IMG/VR virus record: IMGVR_UViG_3300008266_007976
Span: 1-41,338 of that record
Origin: a virus
Lineage: Duplodnaviria; Caudoviricetes
Length of the DNA stretch: 41,338 bases
Strand: one strand, 5' to 3'
Made by a program: the position numbers and the translations under genes. The notes under the pieces were generated by a model that searched no databases, had not been told where the DNA came from, and saw only the letters and a program-made list of their open reading frames with translations. Position 1 is the first letter of the stretch. Every line of letters begins with the position of its first letter. This document shows, piece by piece, positions 18,626 through 27,173 of this stretch.

Positions 18626-21583
18626 TTAAAGGTATGTAATAATGATAGCAATGCCAGCACCGCCGCTTCCTCCGTTGCCTCCGGCTGTTGTTCCGCCACA
18701 TCCACCCGCCCCGCCGCCGCCGTAATTGCCTCCATTGCCTCCGTTGCCTCCCGCTCCTGTGTTTGACCCACGGCCAATGCCGCCTCCCATCCCAATAATT
18801 GATGCAGTGCTTATGCCATTGTTTCCGCTCCCGCCAACGGTCGTGTTTGCTGCGGTGCCCGGGAATTGGCGCACGTTAGCTGGCCCAATTGCCTGCCCGT
18901 CTCGAGACGCCCCGACTGCGTTGGCTGTGCTTACGCCCCCGCCTCCGGATGCCCCGGCGGGGATGTAGAATGATGATGCACTCATCGCCGCCGGGGCGGC
19001 GACAGACCCAGCCGTTCCTGCGTTGGTGTTTTGATTTTGCAGGCCAATGGTGCATCCCGCGGAAATTGAAGCGCCGCCAGTTCCCCCCGTGGTCGTTCCG
19101 CCGATGCCCTTCGCTCCGCCCTTTGCTTCGTATCCCGCGAAACTGGTCGCTCCTCCATCCGTTCCGTCTGATCCGCTCACGCCAACTGCGCTGCCTCCGG
19201 CACCTCCAGTTCCCCCTGCGCCTACTGCGACAGATTCGGTTGAGCCTAGGACGGACGACAGCAAACTGATTTGGACGATGGCAGCGCCCGCGCCCCCGCC
19301 GCCGCCGGGCCTATCGGTGCCAGTCGTATCGCATCTACCGCCGCCACCGCCGCCACCGCCGCCGATCATGATAATGTCGACTTTTCTGGGCGTGGTTGGT
19401 GACGGGTTTGTCCACGTATCTGCACCCGTGTAGACCTTAACGTCTACGTTTCCATTTACCGTGTCTCCATTCATGGAGAGACCCATCCCAAGCAGTAGCT
19501 CGCGCACTTCCGTCGTCCCCGCAGTCCCCCGCCCAAGCAGGCGAGACGCTGCGGAAACCGTCTGCATCTTGGCGTAGGTGACGGCTCCGTTATCAATCGT
19601 CCACGTCGCCCCGCTGGAGGATACGGTGATGTCGCCCTTGTCTCCGTCTGTTACTCCGCTTCCACCCGGTGGGACTGCCCATGTGCCATCCGAACGCAAG
19701 AAGTTCGTGGTGCCAGCGGGGGCCTGTGGAACCAGACCTTTAGCCGATGTGCTGAAGGGGTTTAGCATTGCCGTAACCTGCGCGGCAGTCAGGTCTAATG
19801 GTGCCGCCGACGATCCGGTGTTGTTTCCTTTGATGGTTCCGGCCGCCATGGCCGCCATCAGTGAATTTGTGACTGTTGACTGGGTGGCAAGATTTCCAAG
19901 CGCGAGCGCTACTCTGGCATCCGCCGGGGATCGCCAGACTGCATTTCCCATGTCATCAGAGACGACCATCCAGTCCTCTGCTGGTACGCCTGCGACGTAG
20001 AGGGCTTGGTTGTTGGAGTTGACCCACACGCCGTTGAGACTGTCGTAGGTCAGCAGCTGCCCTTCCTGCGGAGAGGAAATCACGACATCGTGCAGCTCTT
20101 CAAGCTCGTAGCCGTTGTCGATTTTGATGAGGATCATCCCAACCGTGGACGAAACCCGCTCCACCCATCCGATGCGGACCGCGTGCGCTGGAGCGGCTGG
20201 GGGCGTCTGCGTGATCTGCCCGGTGGTTTCGGACAGGTAGAGCAATGCGCCGGCCGTGAATCCGTTGGTGTTGAGGTTCCGCATCGGGCCTGCCCGCTGC
20301 ACCAGCCCGGTGGCTCCGGCTGCAATGGTGTGCGCCACCAGTCCAATGGTTCCGGCGCTGGTGGCCTCTGTGCTGGCGTCTGCGAGTTTGACGGCGGTGC
20401 GGTTGCCCTGGGCTCCGGAGACGTAGACGGGTTGGCCTTTGGTGAGCGTGGTCCCGCTATCGTTGTACACCCGCGTGAATTCCTGCATTGGAATTTCCGC
20501 AGTGATGCCGCCCAAGCCCACGGCGAGCGCGGTTTCATCGGGATCGTACCGAATGACGCCGTTGGAAATTGCCAGCGTGGACGATGTGGAAAGCGTGATG
20601 GAATCGACGCCAATGTTTCCGGCGTCACTCACTGTGACGGCGCTGCCCTTGAGCAGTTTCCCGGAGGTGCCAGAAAAGCGCGGCAGTGTGTTGTTTACGC
20701 TGGAGGATGGGCCAACCACGTCCCCGCTTCCAGGCACGCCGCCACCCGGTGCGCTCCAGGTGGGAACGCCAGCCACCAGCGCCAGCACGTAGGTGTCGGT
20801 GGCGGTTCCGGCAAAGCGGGCCGCAGGGAAGGTGCCAGTCGTGATCTGGTCGGCGCTGTGGGTGTGGGAAAGCGCGGCCTTTCCGGCAAGCGCAGCCACA
20901 AGGTCGGCTTGGTCTGCCAGCGTTCCGCCGATGCTTCCCCACGTTGCTGTGCCTCCCGGCGTCGTGCCTCCGGATCCTCCTCCGCAGTACCATGCGGACA
21001 TGCGCCCCTCGCGCTCCTCGAGGATCTCGGATTGATCCAGCCGGGTGACGCGGGGCTGGCTCTCCACGGCGTCGGCCTCGCGGGCCTGATCGCGGATGGC
21101 GGCGGCCATCTGCTCCATTTGCTGGCCAGCCTGCGGGTCGAGCCGGAGGCTGGGCGCGATTGCTGCGGCGAGCCTGTAGGCGAAGTAGGAACAGAAGACA
21201 CTGTCCCAATCGGTCACGTCAATGGCGTCGGCCACGTACCGCACCCGGCATTCGGCGGAGTTGGTCAGGATGCTGCGGCCCTCTACAGCGTAATCGGTCA
21301 GTCGGGTGCCTCCGGGGCGCTGGTTGACGCTCAGAACGCGCAGGCAGTCTTCCGGGAGTGGGTACGCATAACCCCAATCAAAAGGGGGCGCGGCCTCTGC
21401 GGCGGTCAGGAGGGCGCGGCGAATGGCAAAATTCCAGTCATAGTCCCGCAGGCACAGCCGGCGCGTGTGGTCGAATGCCCTTCTGCAATGCTCCGCTGCC
21501 GGGGACCGCTCGGAGTAGTCGGAGATTCTGGCCTGCCCGAGGTGGGCCAGCGCCATGTTGCAGAGTTCGGTGGGCGTCGTCAT
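18626..21583 (-). CDS. Tail tubular protein A (adaptor) fused to a Gly-rich tail fibre (985 aa)
   Basis: The first ~190 aa (ELCNMALAHLG, WNFAIRRA, AYPLPEDCLRV) are adaptor-like. They continue without a stop into fibre modules (GDVVGPSSS, DGDKGDITV, Gly-rich C-terminus). Confidence 0.85.
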   Translation of the reverse strand: MTTPTELCNMALAHLGQARISDYSERSPAAEHCRRAFDHTRRLCLRDYDWNFAIRRALLTAAEAAPPFDWGYAYPLPEDCLRVLSVNQRPGGTRLTDYAVEGRSILTNSAECRVRYVADAIDVTDWDSVFCSYFAYRLAAAIAPSLRLDPQAGQQMEQMAAAIRDQAREADAVESQPRVTRLDQSEILEEREGRMSAWYCGGGSGGTTPGGTATWGSIGGTLADQADLVAALAGKAALSHTHSADQITTGTFPAARFAGTATDTYVLALVAGVPTWSAPGGGVPGSGDVVGPSSSVNNTLPRFSGTSGKLLKGSAVTVSDAGNIGVDSITLSTSSTLAISNGVIRYDPDETALAVGLGGITAEIPMQEFTRVYNDSGTTLTKGQPVYVSGAQGNRTAVKLADASTEATSAGTIGLVAHTIAAGATGLVQRAGPMRNLNTNGFTAGALLYLSETTGQITQTPPAAPAHAVRIGWVERVSSTVGMILIKIDNGYELEELHDVVISSPQEGQLLTYDSLNGVWVNSNNQALYVAGVPAEDWMVVSDDMGNAVWRSPADARVALALGNLATQSTVTNSLMAAMAAGTIKGNNTGSSAAPLDLTAAQVTAMLNPFSTSAKGLVPQAPAGTTNFLRSDGTWAVPPGGSGVTDGDKGDITVSSSGATWTIDNGAVTYAKMQTVSAASRLLGRGTAGTTEVRELLLGMGLSMNGDTVNGNVDVKVYTGADTWTNPSPTTPRKVDIIMIGGGGGGGGGRCDTTGTDRPGGGGGAGAAIVQISLLSSVLGSTESVAVGAGGTGGAGGSAVGVSGSDGTDGGATSFAGYEAKGGAKGIGGTTTGGTGGASISAGCTIGLQNQNTNAGTAGSVAAPAAMSASSFYIPAGASGGGGVSTANAVGASRDGQAIGPANVRQFPGTAANTTVGGSGNNGISTASIIGMGGGIGRGSNTGAGGNGGNGGNYGGGGAGGCGGTTAGGNGGSGGAGIAIIITYL

Positions 21584-21588
21584 GCGGG

Positions 21589-21631
21589 AAAAAAGGGCAG
21601 GGTGCCCCGCTGGTCAAACGGGGCACCCTGC
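21589..21631 (-). terminator. Rho-independent terminator after the capsid/decoration genes
   Basis: Perfect 13-bp stem gcagggtgccccg/cggggcaccctgc followed by T6 on the minus strand. Confidence 0.85.
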
Positions 21632-21636
21632 TGCGG

Positions 21637-22104
21637 TCAGGCTTCGACGGTGCGGAAGGCAAGCTCGACGACGAACTTGGCTGCGGCATTGGTCGTGGTG
21701 ACGGTCGTGAACTGAATCCGGAGCGAATCCGTGTCACTCAGGACGGCTGGCTCCGTGTTTGCTGTGGCGGCAAATGCCAGCGAACTGGCGGCGGTGCCGT
21801 TGGCGTGCGTGAGTCCGGCGGTGATGTCGGTCGCGGTCCCGGCCGCGTTTACTCGCTGAAGCTTGCTCACCAGAGAATACGTTCCGGAGATGTGCCGGAT
21901 TCGGCACTGCTCTGGAATGATCTGGTAGCCGCTTTCCGTGAGGCGTTGGCAAAGCTCGTGCCACTCGTTGGCAACCTCGTTTCCGAGCAGTGTGACCTCG
22001 AACCGGGCGTGTTTGACCGGGCTGAAGAGTCGCTGCCCCGGAATGACCACAAGGCGGCCGGGGTTGCGTTGGGCTGTGGAGATGTCGGAGAATCCGTTGG
22101 CCAT
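21637..22104 (-). CDS. Probable capsid decoration/minor capsid protein (155 aa)
   Basis: Beta-rich Thr/Ala protein directly after the major capsid gene and before the terminator. Confidence 0.6.
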   Translation of the reverse strand: MANGFSDISTAQRNPGRLVVIPGQRLFSPVKHARFEVTLLGNEVANEWHELCQRLTESGYQIIPEQCRIRHISGTYSLVSKLQRVNAAGTATDITAGLTHANGTAASSLAFAATANTEPAVLSDTDSLRIQFTTVTTTNAAAKFVVELAFRTVEA

Positions 22105-22138
22105 AATATTGGATGGTTACTGGTTTGGGTGCTGTGGA

Positions 22139-23080
22139 TTACGACTGCTTGCAGGCAACCAGCTGAACGCCGGGATCCAGAGCGCGCATGGCGCCGAATG
22201 CCATTTGGCTCAAGAACTGGATGGCATTCCGCTTCATGGGCAGGCGGTCGATGGTCAGGGTCTGGATGATTGGGCTGACCTTAAAGGCGCGACGGGTGAA
22301 CGCCACGCAAGTCCGGGTGGTGGTGGCTGTGACAAACGGCAGGCGGTTGGTCATGATGACGTTGTACCCCATCAGCTTGGCGGGCGTGCCCATGCTGTCT
22401 GCGGCCAGCCATTTGCCGATGATTTCGGCCCAGTAGTCGTTCGGGCTGGTGGCGATGAATGAGGCCAGCTCGATCTTCTGCCGCGGAGAAATGGCGAGGT
22501 ACATCTCTTCCTGCGTGGGGTCGATTTCGGCAGTCTCGAAACGCGTGGTTGCCTCAAGGATCTTCCAGGGCGTCAGGCCTTTGTCACCGGCGCTTTCGCC
22601 AGGCCCGACGTACCCAACGGCGATCTGACTGGTTGCCGGAAGTGGGATGGCCGTGGTGTATGGGTCCGGCCCGCCCACAGCGTCGGCAATGGCGGCCGCG
22701 ATGAAAACGTCGTCGAGTTGACGGTTGGCCGCAGCCTTCATGGTGCTGATGACATCACCGTCAGGAATCGCCTGCCGTTCGAGCCACTGGTTGTCCCATT
22801 TGTCACGCGTGACAGGGATGTCGAAGTTGCGCATGGAGCCGCGCCGAGCGCCGCCGGAGATTTCCTGCGGGTTCGTGTCGCCGAATCGTTGGCCAGTGGT
22901 TTCACGGGCGAGGACGACATCAAGGTCTTGCCAGATGTAATCCTTGGCGGTCCAGTCGGCGGCGGTCATGCCGGCGTTGGCGAATTTCTGATTCTGCTGC
23001 TGGAGAACCATGTCCCAGCTTGTGGAGAACTGTCGTTTGAAATGAGCCGGAATGTCGAGGCTCGCGGAATAATCGGACAT
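22139..23080 (-). CDS. Major capsid protein (313 aa)
   Basis: FKRQFSTSWDMVLQQ, AAANRQLDDVFIAA, LMGYNVIMTNRLP and FGAMR motifs; follows the scaffold gene. Confidence 0.88.
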   Translation of the reverse strand: MSDYSASLDIPAHFKRQFSTSWDMVLQQQNQKFANAGMTAADWTAKDYIWQDLDVVLARETTGQRFGDTNPQEISGGARRGSMRNFDIPVTRDKWDNQWLERQAIPDGDVISTMKAAANRQLDDVFIAAAIADAVGGPDPYTTAIPLPATSQIAVGYVGPGESAGDKGLTPWKILEATTRFETAEIDPTQEEMYLAISPRQKIELASFIATSPNDYWAEIIGKWLAADSMGTPAKLMGYNVIMTNRLPFVTATTTRTCVAFTRRAFKVSPIIQTLTIDRLPMKRNAIQFLSQMAFGAMRALDPGVQLVACKQS

Positions 23081-23222
23081 TGTATTGAGAAGTGGAGGTT
23101 GTTACCTCGCCGTTCTCGGTAGGCCGCGCTTGCGGGCCGGAGGCTGCGGTGGTGCGTCCGGTAGGCCGCGGCGTGCGGGTCGGACGCAGGAAATCAGGGG
23201 CCTCGTGTGCGTATTGCAACGC

Positions 23223-23263
23223 AAAAAAAGAGACCCGGCGGGTGCTCAAATCCCACCGGGCCT
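23223..23263 (-). terminator. Intrinsic terminator-like hairpin upstream of the capsid gene
   Basis: Minus strand gaggcccggtggg...cccgccgggtctc followed by T7. Confidence 0.7.
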
Positions 23264-23299
23264 CCCCCGTGCTTTCATCATGTCGTCGCTGACGTGGCG

Positions 23300-23327
23300 A
23301 GAATGCCATCTTCGCAGCGGTCGTCAA
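23300..23327 (-). promoter_or_regulatory. Possible sigma70-type promoter
   Basis: TTGACG-16 nt-CATTCT with TG just upstream of the -10 element. Confidence 0.35.
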
Positions 23328-23336
23328 GAGTTTTGC

Positions 23337-23531
23337 GCAGTGTTCAAAGAAGGGGAAGACTGACCCTGTCCGGAGCCATCCTCCGGCTCTATGCCTGCAC
23401 GGCGTCCAGTATGCGCAGCCCGCGTGTGGTCAAGAAAGAACCCCGCCCTGTTTCCAAGGCGGGGCCGGCAGTGTTCACCAAGGTCGAACTCACAAACCGC
23501 TCCGGAGCCATCCTCCGGCTGCTATGCCTGC
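23337..23531 (-). repeat. Two copies of a ~63-nt unit with conserved ends and a variable core (candidate small RNAs)
   Basis: On + strand: gcagtgttca-[22/23 nt variable]-tccggagccatcctccggct(g)ctatgcctgc at 23337-23398 and 23468-23531. Confidence 0.85.
23432..23464 (-). terminator. Terminator-like hairpin between the two repeat units
   Basis: Minus strand ccccgcc-ttggaaacag-ggcgggg followed by ttctttctt. Confidence 0.6.
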
Positions 23532-23535
23532 CAGA

Positions 23536-24414
23536 TTATGGCACCTGTTTCCAGAGTGCTGTCACCTTTGCGGCCACGGCGCTGTGACGCGGGTGGCTGC
23601 TGCTGACGAATGCGGCGTGGTCCGGGTTGTTCGGGTTGGTCTGGATGTCCCGGGCCAGATCGGCTGGGCTGAGATTGGCAACGGACGGCGCGGGGATGTG
23701 TCCTGCGGGCCGCAGTTTGGTGGCCAGTGCGGCAAACGCATCGACCGCTGCCACTCCAATGAAGGCGTCGCTGGTCGGGTCGAAGGCTTCCGCTGGCAGG
23801 TATTCGGCGGCGGCTTGGCGGGCTTCGGCGAGAATCGCGTTGGCGTTGTCTCCATGGCGCTGCCGGAGTTCCGCCTGGTCGGCTTCGATGAATCCCTGAC
23901 GCAGTTGCGCGGCTTGATCCTGCGCGGCCTTCTGCCGCTGCATGTCGAAGGCGGCGAGGCGCTGGGCTTCGGCGGGAGTTAACCCCAGCTCATGGGCCAC
24001 GGCGCGGAATTCAGCGGTGGCAGTTTTCCAGTCTGTGCCTTCCGGCAGACCTTCGGGGGCGGGGATGTCGTAGGCGTCCGGCGTCTCCGGTGCGCCGCGT
24101 ACCTTCCGCAGTTCCACCTGGAATGCCTGCTGCTCTTCCGGCGTGGCGTGTTCCCCTGGAAGCTTCAGTCCCTTGGAGCGGGCCGCCTGCATGTTGTCCC
24201 GGTGGGATTTCAGCAGCGTCCCGAGGTCGGGATACTGTGCGGCCATGGCGCGGAAGTCCCCAAGGGATTCTGGCAGCTTCGAGGTCCAGTCCGCTGCGAA
24301 CTTCCCGGAGTCGTCCGCGAAAAGCGCGGCGTGCCACGGCGCGGCCTGTGGCGGTTCGGGCGTCGGTGGCGCTGGTGGTGCGGGCGTGGGTGCTGGTGGT
24401 GCTTGTTCGCTCAT
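23536..24414 (-). CDS. Capsid scaffolding protein (292 aa)
   Basis: Pro-rich N-terminus, RGAPETPDAY and AHELGLTPAEAQ motifs, C-terminal SHPRH; lies between portal and capsid genes. Confidence 0.85.
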   Translation of the reverse strand: MSEQAPPAPTPAPPAPPTPEPPQAAPWHAALFADDSGKFAADWTSKLPESLGDFRAMAAQYPDLGTLLKSHRDNMQAARSKGLKLPGEHATPEEQQAFQVELRKVRGAPETPDAYDIPAPEGLPEGTDWKTATAEFRAVAHELGLTPAEAQRLAAFDMQRQKAAQDQAAQLRQGFIEADQAELRQRHGDNANAILAEARQAAAEYLPAEAFDPTSDAFIGVAAVDAFAALATKLRPAGHIPAPSVANLSPADLARDIQTNPNNPDHAAFVSSSHPRHSAVAAKVTALWKQVP

Positions 24415-24740
24415 TGGATTCGTGGTTCGTTCAGAAGGGCTTCGATGTTCCAGCCCGCGGCGCGAAGCGTGGGCATGGCATCGGGATGGAAAATCTGCAC
24501 CCACTTGATGAACGCGGGCGACTGCTCCCCGGCGAGCCAATGGAATTGGACGCCTGCCTCACGGGCGAGGGCGAGCAATGCGCCGACAGTCCAGGCTTGG
24601 CGCTGTTCTTGCGTGGGCGCTTCTCCGGTTCCGCCAACGGAGGCGATGGCGACGGATTCAACCTGCGGTTTCCGGCGGCGGCGTTTTGGAGGTGAGGGTT
24701 GGGTATCGGAGGGCGGCGTAGGTTCGGTCGTCTCGCTCAT
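24411..24740 (-). CDS. Hypothetical protein (109 aa)
   Basis: Intact ORF whose stop overlaps the scaffold ATG. Confidence 0.55.
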   Translation of the reverse strand: MSETTEPTPPSDTQPSPPKRRRRKPQVESVAIASVGGTGEAPTQEQRQAWTVGALLALAREAGVQFHWLAGEQSPAFIKWVQIFHPDAMPTLRAAGWNIEALLNEPRIQ

Positions 24741-24978
24741 GGTGTGTGGCTGGGTCGATGGTTGTGCTGCGAATGAGGGCGGACACGATTTCTCTGCGTC
24801 CGATTTCTCGGGCCACGTCCTCCGGTGTCCTGCCTTCCGGAGGATACATGGGATGGGCCACTGCCATCAGGCATTCGGCCAGATCGGTCCCGGCTTGGCC
24901 GGAGAGTGCGGAGCGTGCGGAGTCGCGGAAGCGGTCGAGCAGCCCCACGCGGGCGAGTTGGTTTTCCAGCGGAGTCAT
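24658..24978 (-). CDS. Small post-portal protein, Bbp19-like (106 aa)
   Basis: G-x-D-L...EIGRREIV pattern; coupled to the portal stop by ATGA. Confidence 0.6.
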   Translation of the reverse strand: MTPLENQLARVGLLDRFRDSARSALSGQAGTDLAECLMAVAHPMYPPEGRTPEDVAREIGRREIVSALIRSTTIDPATHHERDDRTYAALRYPTLTSKTPPPETAG

Positions 24979-26591
24979 ATCATGCCAGCCTGCGCGGCTT
25001 GGGCCGCAAGCTCTGGCTGCTTGGCGGCAAGGTCAAGCATTTGCTGCTGCTGCGCCTGCTGGGCCTGCGCCTGCCGGATCTCGGCTACGGCGTCGGGGTC
25101 GTTGATCCAGTCGGCTGGAACGCCACGCCCACGGGCAATCTCGCGGAGGGCTTGGTCGAGGTTCAGATTGTCGAGCAGGGACGGCTGCGCTTGGATGAGC
25201 GGACCCATCTCCCCAACAGTGGAGAGCAGGGCTTCGGAGTTGAGGCTGTCCACAGCGAAGGCCAGACGGCTGGTCTGCACCGTGGCTGGGAAGAGGATCT
25301 GCTGTCCGCTTGGCGTGTCTGCCACGGCGTCCGGCGGCACCTCGCCAAACCTCCCCGAAATGACCAGCCTCATGAAGACGGCTTCGAGGAGCGGGTTCAA
25401 GAATTCCGTGGTCAGCAGGGTGAATGCCGGACTGATCTGGCCAACCTGCTCACGCTGGCGGGCGAGGATCTCGGTGGCGGTCATCTCCCGGTCGATGGGT
25501 GAGACGGCCTCGAAGAGCGTGGCATGGAAGGCGCGGCGGATGAATTGCTCCCTCCGCTCCAGCACGTCCATTCCGATCCGGTAATCGGCTCCGGAATCTG
25601 CCCAAGTCTGCGGCGCGTCGGCCATGTCGCGCACCTGCGTCACTCCGCCGGCGCTCAGATCGATGTGGCCAACGGCTCCCGTTTTGGCGATGATGCGCGG
25701 CTCCACGCCTAGCTGCATGCGGGCGTCGAGGAGGCGGTTGACCTTGTTCACGCCTTCGATGTCGGCAATGCTGATGATGGCTGGGCTGATTCCCCACACG
25801 GAATCGTCGTGCCACCGGAGCCAGCGGCTCACGAATACGGGCATTGATTCAAAGCCGGATTCCGCCGTGATCTTCTTGGACGCCTTGTGAATCTGGTAGC
25901 TGGCCACCGGGAGTCCGAACGGGCCACCGCGTGGGTTTCGGTCGGCCGGGGCGCGGGGGACAATGGCATGCAGGAATTCGTGCAGCGTGTTGCCCTTGTT
26001 GCCGCTCACCTCTTTCTGGCACTGGTCCGGCGCGTCTGGTCCGAACAGTTCGACCGCTTGGCGTGCGGTCAGTCGATACTTCCGAAAGACCCGGTCGGCA
26101 ATGCCGGCTGCGTTCTCGGAGAATCTGAATGATCCGGCGGGCCAAAGCTTGAAGTTGAGCGCGGCACCGTTGCGGCCCGGTTCGACCATCATGGCTGCGG
26201 TCCCGTAGGTGCATCGCTCAAGGTGGAACTGGTGGGCGACGGTGTAGAAATTGGAGTTCCCGAGAATCCGGTGGGCTTTCTGGCTGCTTTGGGCGAGCCA
26301 TGACTTAAGGGCTTCCGATCCCTCACGGCCTTCGGTTGGCTCCCACCGGAACCATGGAGTCTGTGACGGTGTCGTCCATCCAAGCAGGCCGGAGGTCAGA
26401 ACCCGCAGGGAGTCCTGGGCAATGGCTGCATACTTCCGGATGGAGGGCGACGGTGTGTTGCTGGCCGTGGAAAACGTGAGCCAGCGTTCCGGCAGGCAAA
26501 GTTCCGCGCATTCCCGCCAGATGTTTTCCCAACTGGTCGCGTCACCGTCCAGCTGTGCGAGTTCTTCGAGTAGGCGTTCGGCCAGCGTCAT
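24975..26591 (-). CDS. Portal (head-tail connector) protein (538 aa)
   Basis: TPSQTPWF, SNFY, RWLRW...WGISP and MTATEILAR motifs of T7/BPP-1-type portals. Confidence 0.93.
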   Translation of the reverse strand: MTLAERLLEELAQLDGDATSWENIWRECAELCLPERWLTFSTASNTPSPSIRKYAAIAQDSLRVLTSGLLGWTTPSQTPWFRWEPTEGREGSEALKSWLAQSSQKAHRILGNSNFYTVAHQFHLERCTYGTAAMMVEPGRNGAALNFKLWPAGSFRFSENAAGIADRVFRKYRLTARQAVELFGPDAPDQCQKEVSGNKGNTLHEFLHAIVPRAPADRNPRGGPFGLPVASYQIHKASKKITAESGFESMPVFVSRWLRWHDDSVWGISPAIISIADIEGVNKVNRLLDARMQLGVEPRIIAKTGAVGHIDLSAGGVTQVRDMADAPQTWADSGADYRIGMDVLERREQFIRRAFHATLFEAVSPIDREMTATEILARQREQVGQISPAFTLLTTEFLNPLLEAVFMRLVISGRFGEVPPDAVADTPSGQQILFPATVQTSRLAFAVDSLNSEALLSTVGEMGPLIQAQPSLLDNLNLDQALREIARGRGVPADWINDPDAVAEIRQAQAQQAQQQQMLDLAAKQPELAAQAAQAGMI

Positions 26592-26866
26592 AGGATGGTT
26601 GGGCTTCCAAGCATCGAACCGCTCACGGACTGCGCGAACCCGTATCGGCGTCCGGCTGCTCGGCTCATCTCGCGGCGCTGGGCTGCGGCGTCAGAGGCTG
26701 ACCGGGTTGCCATCGGGGCCATCGGCTCCGGTGCGGGCGGGGCCAATTGCTTCTGGGCCTTCAGCTGCTTCTCCATCAGTTTCATCTTCTGGCTGAATTG
26801 GCGCTGCGACTGCTTGCGGTTGGCCTCTGCTTCCTTCTGGGCGGCGTTGGAATTTCCGGATCTCAT
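26588..26866 (-). CDS. Small pre-portal virion protein (92 aa)
   Basis: Basic, Ala/Gln-rich, PPAPEP, ends LGSPTIL; coupled to the portal start. Confidence 0.6.
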   Translation of the reverse strand: MRSGNSNAAQKEAEANRKQSQRQFSQKMKLMEKQLKAQKQLAPPAPEPMAPMATRSASDAAAQRREMSRAAGRRYGFAQSVSGSMLGSPTIL

Positions 26867-27173
26867 GGGCGTTCCGGAAAATCCTGCGGCCGTGCCGATG
26901 ATACACAAGTGCGGATATTTCCGGTCTTGACTCCAAAAATGCCAGCAATTCCCCGAGGTCACCAGCGGCTGCCCACACGTACCAGAGGGCAGAACCGGGA
27001 TGCGCCTGCCACGGGTCGGCCATCTGCTGCCAGCCCCCCACCGGGCGGGCCATGACGAATGCGGTGGCCGTGGAGAGGATCAACCCATGGGATAGGTGGG
27101 CGGCCATGGCGTCGGCAAATCCGACTCCCGGCGTGTTCTCGTGCATGGCCATGGCGGTTTCCGCGGGCGTCAT
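26691..27173 (-). CDS. Hypothetical protein after TerL (160 aa)
   Basis: ATGA-coupled to TerL. Motifs AFVMARPV and WYVWAAAGDL; the C-terminal part overlaps the next gene. Confidence 0.65.
   Translation of the reverse strand: MTPAETAMAMHENTPGVGFADAMAAHLSHGLILSTATAFVMARPVGGWQQMADPWQAHPGSALWYVWAAAGDLGELLAFLESRPEISALVYHRHGRRIFRNAHEIRKFQRRPEGSRGQPQAVAAPIQPEDETDGEAAEGPEAIGPARTGADGPDGNPVSL

Noticed and set aside
18640-19370. GCC/CCG-rich repeats and a possible diversity-generating retroelement target in the fibre tip
   Set aside because: These are Gly codon runs; no reverse transcriptase or template/variable repeat pair was seen.
23337-23531. Canonical CRISPR array
   Set aside because: Only two units, ~132-nt period with a terminator between them, and no cas genes; kept as a candidate small-RNA repeat instead.
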